DNA of 45,591 nt, taken from assembly GCA_964405305.1 (NCBI GenBank), contig CAYONL010000001.1:6167-51757 (forward strand), in the 5' to 3' direction. Positions within the stretch are counted from its first letter, which is position 1. The number at the start of each line of letters is the position of its first letter. The notes beneath the pieces are model-generated. The model did not search any database. It saw only the letters and a list, made by a program, of their open reading frames with translations, and had not been told where the DNA came from. The position numbers and the translations under genes were made by a program. Below are positions 40,648 to 45,591 of the stretch, piece after piece. Origin of the DNA: an uncultured Oscillospiraceae bacterium. GTDB taxonomy: Bacteria; Bacillota; Clostridia; Oscillospirales; Ruminococcaceae.

Positions 40648-42473
40648 ATCAAGCCGCTCCTTTCCGAAGGAAACATCATTCCAAATTTTTGGGGGAAAGC
40701 CTTCCCCTGCTTGCCATATTCAAGGCGCGCCGCTTCCGCTATATGCGCCATAGCTATCGGTTCATCCGCCGCCGCGGCCATATACGCCGCATTGACCGCC
40801 GTGTTTCTTATTCCCGCACCCGTAAGCTCCAGGCTCTCCGCCAAAAGTGGAAGATCCAGCGCCTTTTTTGGGGCCGCCTCCGGAAATATTCCCTGCCACA
40901 TACGCAGCCTTTGCGCCGCGTCCGGCAGAGGAAAATATATTATGTAGCCTATCCTTCTTCTGAATGCCTCGTCGAAATTTTGGAGCAGGTTTGTCGCCAT
41001 CAGGATAATGCCGTTGTACTGCTCTGTCCGCTGAAGCAGGTACGCTATCTCCGCGTTGGAGTACTTATCCTGCGAGTCCGCCGCGTCGCTCCTTCTTGCG
41101 AACAGGGCGTCCGCCTCATCGAAAAAGAGTATGCAGCCCGAGTTTTGCGCCGAGTCGAATATTTTCCCGATATTTTTTTGCGTCTCGCCCACGTATTTGC
41201 TTATAAGCTGCGATATGTCCGCCCGGTAAAGGCGCAGACCCAGCTCGTTCGCTATGACCGATGCCGCCAAAGTCTTGCCCGTGCCCGACGCACCGTAAAA
41301 CAGCGCCGATATCCCGACGCCATAGGGCACCTTTTCACCAAAGCCCCAGTCCTCAAACACCCTGTACCGCGCCCTTGCAAAGGCACATATATCCTCTATC
41401 TGCCTTTTCTGCGCCGCCGGCAGCACCAGGTCCTCCATCGTCTTGTTCGTTTCCAAAAGCTCCGCACTGCCGGCGAAGGAAAGACTGTTCACCTCTTTGA
41501 GCACCGCGAGCCGTTCGTCGGCGTCATCCATCCTGCCCAGCAGATTTTCGGCGGCGCACCTTTCGGCGGCCGTACGCAGTTGGCCCGGAGTCATACGGTA
41601 AAACCGCGCTGCCTGACGCCATTTCTTTCCGTCGTCCGCGCCCAGCCAAAGCTTCATGGCCGCAAGCCGCTGCTCCGAAGTCAGCTCCGGCACACGCCTT
41701 ACAAGGCTTGCTCCGCCTGTTTCCGGAGAGAACGCCGGGTCCTCCTCCGTCATCAAAAGCACGCCGCAGCCGTCCGCCAGCCGCCTCAGCTTTTCCTGAG
41801 AAAACTTCTTTGCCTCCGCTATGAGCACCAGCGCGTCATACAGCGCCGACGCCATGAGCACGGCCTCGTCGTCCGCGTTCTTTTCCGAGACTGTCAGCAC
41901 GGAATTTCCAAGCAGGCCCGCCGCACGTTTGAGCACGTCGCGCTTGCCGTACCCGCGGCCGCCCGTAATGAGCACGCAAACGGGATACACCGCGGACTCC
42001 AGCGAAGCAGCGAGAAAACTCGCCGCCTCCGCCGCCATATCCTCACCGTGGAACGCCGGCGCCATCTCGTCGCACCGCTCCAGTGAAACGCCCTCCGGCA
42101 GCCTGGGCGCGCGCTCCAACAGAAAGTCGCATACCATAGGGGCCAGGCTTCCGCCCTCCCCGCCAAATACGGATGAAAGCTCTCCGGCCTGCGCTCCGAA
42201 CGCCGAGAGCATCTCCCTCAGCTCCTTGCCGGAGGGCAGCGGGCGAAACGAAAACAGCCTTGCCGCCGAAATATCGAGCGCCAGACTTTCCGCCTCACTG
42301 AGTGAAAAAGCCGCCCTCACCCTCGCCATGGGATAAAATTCGCCGTTTTCCTCGCGCCGCAGCAGCTCTCCGTGCAGCTCAAAAAGACGCGAAAGCTCCT
42401 TCCCGTCACTAAAAGCGGCGTCCACAGCCCCTACCGCCTCAAAATATTCAGTTGCGGTCGGAGCATTACTCAT
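40644..42473 (-). CDS. CIS-associated AAA+ ATPase (Afp15/Pvc15 class)
   Basis: Walker A GASGTGKTLAASVIANELG and Walker B CILFFDEADALFARR in the C-terminal half, with a long non-ATPase N-terminal region. The track start at 42503 is a GTG inside the upstream gene. The ATG at 42473 (MSNAPTATEYF) overlaps the upstream stop (ATGAGTAA) and follows GAGGACGAGG. Confidence 0.82.
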   Translation of the reverse strand: MSNAPTATEYFEAVGAVDAAFSDGKELSRLFELHGELLRREENGEFYPMARVRAAFSLSEAESLALDISAARLFSFRPLPSGKELREMLSAFGAQAGELSSVFGGEGGSLAPMVCDFLLERAPRLPEGVSLERCDEMAPAFHGEDMAAEAASFLAASLESAVYPVCVLITGGRGYGKRDVLKRAAGLLGNSVLTVSEKNADDEAVLMASALYDALVLIAEAKKFSQEKLRRLADGCGVLLMTEEDPAFSPETGGASLVRRVPELTSEQRLAAMKLWLGADDGKKWRQAARFYRMTPGQLRTAAERCAAENLLGRMDDADERLAVLKEVNSLSFAGSAELLETNKTMEDLVLPAAQKRQIEDICAFARARYRVFEDWGFGEKVPYGVGISALFYGASGTGKTLAASVIANELGLRLYRADISQLISKYVGETQKNIGKIFDSAQNSGCILFFDEADALFARRSDAADSQDKYSNAEIAYLLQRTEQYNGIILMATNLLQNFDEAFRRRIGYIIYFPLPDAAQRLRMWQGIFPEAAPKKALDLPLLAESLELTGAGIRNTAVNAAYMAAAADEPIAMAHIAEAARLEYGKQGKAFPQKFGMMFPSERSGLI

Positions 42474-43305
42474 CCTCGTCCTCGTCTCCCTTGTTGCCGC
42501 CACCCGGCAGTTCTTCGTTCATAGCTTCCAGCTTGCGGCGCTCCCGCTCATTGCGATAATACTCAAACATCTTCGCCTTTTGCAGGTCGAAGGCCATGTT
42601 GATTCTGTGGAAGAAATTCTGTGACTGGGCCGCCTTGCGGTATATGAGCGCGTCAATGTGCTCCATATTGTGCAGCGTCCGCGTATCCATGGCCCGGAGC
42701 ATACGCACGCTCTCTGCATCGTTTCGTAAAACAGCGTCGCGGATATTCCGCTCATAGCTTTTTCTCCGCCGCATATCCGTCTGCCGCTGCTCCATCTCCA
42801 CTTCTTTTTGAAGGAACGGCATCGCCTTCTGCAACGCCTGCAGATCCACTCTTAACAAATACGGCTTGACGGAGCCCTCCGTCCACGGCTTGTTCTCCAT
42901 CTTATAAAGAAGCACGGAGCTGTTCTGCATACGCCTGGATGAAAAGGCCACGTTCTGGTTCCCGGTCTTCAGCTGCTTCATCATCATGTTTTCCTTCATG
43001 CTGCGCTGGTAACCGCTGGCGGCGTTGTCATAAATGGACGTTTTTATGTTTGCGAACAGAAAGCTCTGGCCCTTGCGCGGGTCATACGCCAGCTGTATGC
43101 GCCCGTACATCGTGTCCACCTTCATCAGGCGGTCGCAGCCGTAGTAGTCGGCCACGTCCCTGTCCTGCTCGTAGCCCTCCACCGGGGCGTGCTCCTCAAA
43201 CCTTGTATATACTATGTGCTGCGGGGCTGTAAGTCTGGCGGCAAGCTCGCTGTTCTCGTTTTCTTCCTCGCGGAGGCGATCCTGTTTTGCGGCCAAGGCT
43301 TTCAT
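42466..43305 (-). CDS. Hypothetical protein, first gene of the CIS operon (highly charged termini)
   Basis: Start trimmed to the ATG at 43305 (MKALAAKQDRLREEENENSE), which has GGGAGGGGG directly upstream. About 279 aa with the acidic C-terminus GGGNKGDEDEDE. No recognisable motif. Confidence 0.6.
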   Translation of the reverse strand: MKALAAKQDRLREEENENSELAARLTAPQHIVYTRFEEHAPVEGYEQDRDVADYYGCDRLMKVDTMYGRIQLAYDPRKGQSFLFANIKTSIYDNAASGYQRSMKENMMMKQLKTGNQNVAFSSRRMQNSSVLLYKMENKPWTEGSVKPYLLRVDLQALQKAMPFLQKEVEMEQRQTDMRRRKSYERNIRDAVLRNDAESVRMLRAMDTRTLHNMEHIDALIYRKAAQSQNFFHRINMAFDLQKAKMFEYYRNERERRKLEAMNEELPGGGNKGDEDEDE

Positions 43306-43340
43306 CCCCCTCCCACATGTTTTCATTACTCTACGTTACC

Positions 43341-43369
43341 AATATAATGTTTATCAATTTATTTTCCAA
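43341..43369 (-). promoter_or_regulatory. Candidate promoter of the CIS operon
   Basis: On the minus strand, TTGGAA (43369-43364), a 17-nt spacer, then TATATT (43346-43341), in an AT-rich gap. The predicted leader to ATG 43305 is about 30 nt. It lies immediately downstream of the LuxR terminator. Confidence 0.4.
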
Positions 43370-43392
43370 CTATCCTAAAGTATAGGTTTTCC

Positions 43393-43435
43393 AAAAACAC
43401 AAAGCGGCGCGGCGCTTTACCCGGCGCCGCGCCGC
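43393..43435 (-). terminator. Strong intrinsic terminator after the LuxR-type regulator gene
   Basis: The minus-strand RNA forms a perfect 12-bp GC stem, GCGGCGCGGCGC-CGGGUAAA-GCGCCGCGCCGC, followed by UUUGUGUUUUU. Confidence 0.85.
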
Positions 43436-43479
43436 AATATCCAGTTCCAACGCCGTTTTTTTACGGCGTCCGCCCGTCT

Positions 43480-44979
43480 CTACAGTATGTTTCTCTTTTT
43501 CGCGGCGGAAAGCGCCGCCGTCCGGCTGGAGACGCCCATCTTCTCATAAATATTTTTCAGATGGAATTTCACGGTGGGTAGCTTTACGGCCAGCTCGTCG
43601 GCTATTTCGCTGTTGGATTTTCCCTCGCCCAGCAGGTGCAGTATCTGCGTCTCCGTGGCGGTAAAGTCCGGCGGCGCGCCAGCCTGCCCCTCCTGCACCC
43701 CCTCCGAAAAATACGCGGGCCAGCGCAGAGAAAAGCCCTTCGCCGCCTCCGTGATCCGGGCCACGTATTTTCCAAACATGCCCTGAAGCGGCGTCTCCTT
43801 TGCGTACCGCAGCAGCAGATGAAGCATCGGCGTGCCGCAGTCGGCAAACACACGTATGAACCCAAACGGCTCCATCATCCTGAGCGCCTGGTCCAGCTTC
43901 TCCATCGCCTGCTTCCCGCTGCCCAGCCTGTCGCAGGCCACCGCGACGTGCACAAGGCACTCGGCCTGGTCGAAGGGCCTTATGTCGCACTCCAAAAAAC
44001 GCAAAAGCTGTTCGAGCAGAGACATCGCCTCCCTGTATCTGCCCAAAGCTATGTATACCCTCGCCTTAGTGGCCATTTCATAATATGTTTCGGAGGTGAC
44101 CCCGTCCCACTCGCTCACCGCGCCGGCCAGCCACTCCTCGGCCTGCTCCGTGCCGCCCTCCAGCAGCGAAAAGCGTACGCGCAGGGCTTTGTAATTGGGC
44201 AAAAGCCAGTCCGCCCCTCTGTCCTCCAGCACCTTGCCTATGTGCTCCAGCACCCTGACGTAGCTTTGCGCGTACGGGTCCAGGCTGTACAGCTTCGCCA
44301 GCAGCGTGTACCCGGCAAACAGCACCTCCGGGTCCTCCGCCGAAAGCGCGGCGGCGTTTTCCATCGTCGCCGCGTTCAGGTCGTTGCGCTCGTAAAAAAT
44401 CTCTCCCCTTGCGCAGCCCACTATGCCCTTCGCTCCGTCGCCGCGGTTCCCGGCAAGCATGGGCCCGACAATGCTCGTGACCGCGCCGTAATGCGCGCAC
44501 CAATCCGAAAGGTCCTTGCGCCCGTGTATTATGCTGGGCCGCTTTCCCGTTACGCTTAAAAACGTTTCGGAACGTTCGCCCTCCCCGCGCTCGTTGAAAA
44601 TCACGGCCATCAGCAGCATCATCGTCGCGTTGCTCGTCATGGGCCGCAGCATGCCGGCGTAGCTTATACATAGCTCCAGCAGCGACCGCCCCTGATCGCC
44701 GTCTCTGCCGCTGTCGCGCATGGCGACCACGCAGTTGTACCACTTCTGTATCTCGCCCGTCCTACCCGTCAGCTGACAAAGCTGTATCTCCTGCACACAG
44801 TGGAGCGGAGACGCCGCACGCTGCTCCTCCGGCAGACTGTCAAACAGCCTGCGTATTTCACTTACTTCATCCCTCGTCAGCCGCTCCACCTGCACGCTGT
44901 CCAGCAGATTTACGGCCTCGCTGAATCTTTCCTCGCCAACGGCAGCCTTTGCCCGCCTTATAATGTCACCGTCAAGCAT
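43480..44979 (-). CDS. LuxR/GerE-family transcriptional regulator with a long helical-repeat (MalT/TPR-like) N-terminal region
   Basis: 499 aa. GGAGGG lies 5 nt upstream of the ATG. C-terminal HTH TETQILHLLGEGKSNSEIADELAVKLPTVKFHLKNIYEKMGVSSRTAAL. Confidence 0.88.
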   Translation of the reverse strand: MLDGDIIRRAKAAVGEERFSEAVNLLDSVQVERLTRDEVSEIRRLFDSLPEEQRAASPLHCVQEIQLCQLTGRTGEIQKWYNCVVAMRDSGRDGDQGRSLLELCISYAGMLRPMTSNATMMLLMAVIFNERGEGERSETFLSVTGKRPSIIHGRKDLSDWCAHYGAVTSIVGPMLAGNRGDGAKGIVGCARGEIFYERNDLNAATMENAAALSAEDPEVLFAGYTLLAKLYSLDPYAQSYVRVLEHIGKVLEDRGADWLLPNYKALRVRFSLLEGGTEQAEEWLAGAVSEWDGVTSETYYEMATKARVYIALGRYREAMSLLEQLLRFLECDIRPFDQAECLVHVAVACDRLGSGKQAMEKLDQALRMMEPFGFIRVFADCGTPMLHLLLRYAKETPLQGMFGKYVARITEAAKGFSLRWPAYFSEGVQEGQAGAPPDFTATETQILHLLGEGKSNSEIADELAVKLPTVKFHLKNIYEKMGVSSRTAALSAAKKRNIL

Positions 44980-45089
44980 TTTCGCCCTCCATGCTCACTT
45001 GCGTAAACCGCATACCTCAGTGCGATAAACAGCGCGATCCTTCCACGCGCTCTGCCCATGTCCGATTGATATACTACATATATAATACG

Positions 45090-45117
45090 ATTATAAACCT
45101 TTTTTTCTGCTCTGCAA
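45090..45117 (-). promoter_or_regulatory. Candidate promoter of the LuxR-type regulator gene
   Basis: On the minus strand, TTGCAG (45117-45112), a 16-nt spacer, then TATAAT (45095-45090), in a very AT-rich region about 110 nt upstream of the ATG. Confidence 0.35.
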
Positions 45118-45186
45118 ACAATTTTTGCTTATTAATTTATAACAAAATACCACATCCTTTAAATTTTTCTTTTTTTGCAAAAATAC

Positions 45187-45215
45187 TTGATTTTTATATT
45201 CCCGTTGTGTATACT
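45187..45215 (+). promoter_or_regulatory. Candidate promoter of tRNA-Ser
   Basis: TTGATT (45187-45192), a 17-nt spacer, then TATACT (45210-45215), about 45 nt upstream of the mature tRNA 5' end. It is divergent from the LuxR promoter. Confidence 0.45.
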
Positions 45216-45259
45216 AATAAAGCGCTTGTGAAATAGCGCTATCTTGAGCGGACAGGCAC

Positions 45260-45351
45260 GGAGATGTCGCCTAGTTGGTCGAGGGCGCGCGACTGGAAAT
45301 CGCGTAGGGGTCAAAAGCTCCTCAAGAGTTCGAATCTCTTCATCTCCGCCA
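45260..45351 (+). tRNA. tRNA-Ser, anticodon GGA, genomically encoded CCA
   Basis: Folded by hand. Acceptor GGAGATG/CATCTCC; D arm GCC...GGC; anticodon stem CGCGA/TCGCG with loop CTGGAAA; long variable arm AGGGG-TCAAAAG-CTCCT (class II); T arm AAGAG-TTCGAAT-CTCTT; discriminator G followed by CCA. Confidence 0.9.
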
Positions 45352-45358
45352 AAAAGAA

Positions 45359-45402
45359 AACCGCGCAACTAAGCCTTAAACGGCATGGTTGCACGGTTTT
45401 TT
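45359..45402 (+). terminator. Intrinsic terminator after tRNA-Ser
   Basis: AACCGCGCAAC ... GTTGCACGGTT forms an 11-bp stem with one C/A mismatch and an 18-nt loop, followed by TTTTT. Confidence 0.55.
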
Positions 45403-45473
45403 CATGCTTTCATCTCGTTTAAAAATGCCCCAAAACACCTCGTTTTAACACAAATTACAGTGTCAAATTCGTG

Positions 45474-45505
45474 TCAAAAATAAGTCGGAGGTTTGACCCT
45501 CCGGC
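45474..45505 (-). terminator. Intrinsic terminator of the minus-strand gene entering from the right edge
   Basis: The minus-strand RNA GCCGGAGG-GUCAAA-CCUCCGAC forms 8 pairs including one G-U, followed by UUAUUUUUG. It starts 6 nt after the TAA at 45512-45514. Confidence 0.55.
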
Positions 45506-45511
45506 TTTCCT

Positions 45512-45591
45512 TTACCCCAAAATTTTTTTTATCTGTTCCAGCTTGTCCAGCGCCTTGCCGTACCCGTCGGCCTGCGCCCGGATTTTAAGGT
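45512..45591 (-). CDS. 3' end of an unidentified gene (last 25 codons only)
   Basis: The minus-strand frame from 45589 is open: LKIRAQADGYGKALDKLEQIKKILG*. It ends just before a terminator. Too short to identify. Confidence 0.3.
   Translation of the reverse strand, partial: LKIRAQADGYGKALDKLEQIKKILG

Noticed and set aside
7450-43305. Interpretation as a type VI secretion system.
   Set aside because: There are no TssJ/L/M membrane-complex, TssK/TssA or ClpV-type motifs, and the sheath is a single phage-type protein rather than TssB/TssC. The LysM initiator, tape-measure-like protein and DUF4255 all point to the eCIS class.
45159-45368. Minus-strand ORF of 69 aa.
   Set aside because: It overlaps the hand-folded tRNA-Ser on the opposite strand, has no SD and includes an AT-rich promoter region.

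Overview
Apart from one tRNA, every convincing gene in this window lies on the minus strand. GC content is high (about 60-65% in most genes), Shine-Dalgarno (SD) sites are GGAGG-type, and an Rnf operon is present. I infer a Clostridia-like anaerobic Firmicute. From left to right the window contains the following.

(1) The promoter-proximal part of an rnfCDGE operon (1-3264).

(2) A translationally coupled pair of bacterial dynamin-like GTPases (3367-7276). They have their own candidate promoter and sit just downstream of a terminator.

(3) One tightly packed operon of about 36 kb and 22 ORFs (7450-43305) for a phage-tail-like contractile injection system (CIS) of the Afp/PVC/eCIS type.
- Core parts present: AAA+ ATPase, DUF4255 cap-like protein, sheath, two tube paralogs, an E/gpG-like assembly chaperone with a candidate -1 frameshift extension, a tape-measure-like protein, a LysM tube initiator, a gpD-like hub, a gpV/gp5-like spike, gp25, two Baseplate_J-like proteins and a P2 gpI-like protein.
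- Parts absent: capsid, portal, terminase, integrase, a PAAR protein and a recognisable Afp13-type fibre gene.

(4) A LuxR-type regulator with a strong terminator (43393-44979).

(5) A tRNA-Ser(GGA) with promoter and terminator (45187-45402), then the 3' end of another minus-strand gene.

The most unusual content is a 16.6 kb block (24083-40647) inserted between the CIS ATPase gene and the cap/sheath genes. It encodes five envelope-associated proteins:
- a 3012-aa surface protein with a C-terminal membrane anchor, whose start overlaps the ATPase stop (ATGA);
- a 605-aa protein ending in an Ig-like module;
- a 298-aa C-terminally anchored membrane protein;
- an 894-aa four-TM protein with a HAMP domain and a degenerate cyclase-like domain;
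- a 656-aa bitopic protein with MORN repeats and poly-Ser tracts.

This suggests a membrane-tethered or signal-gated CIS variant for a Gram-positive envelope. All family assignments come from reading motifs by eye; no database search was run.
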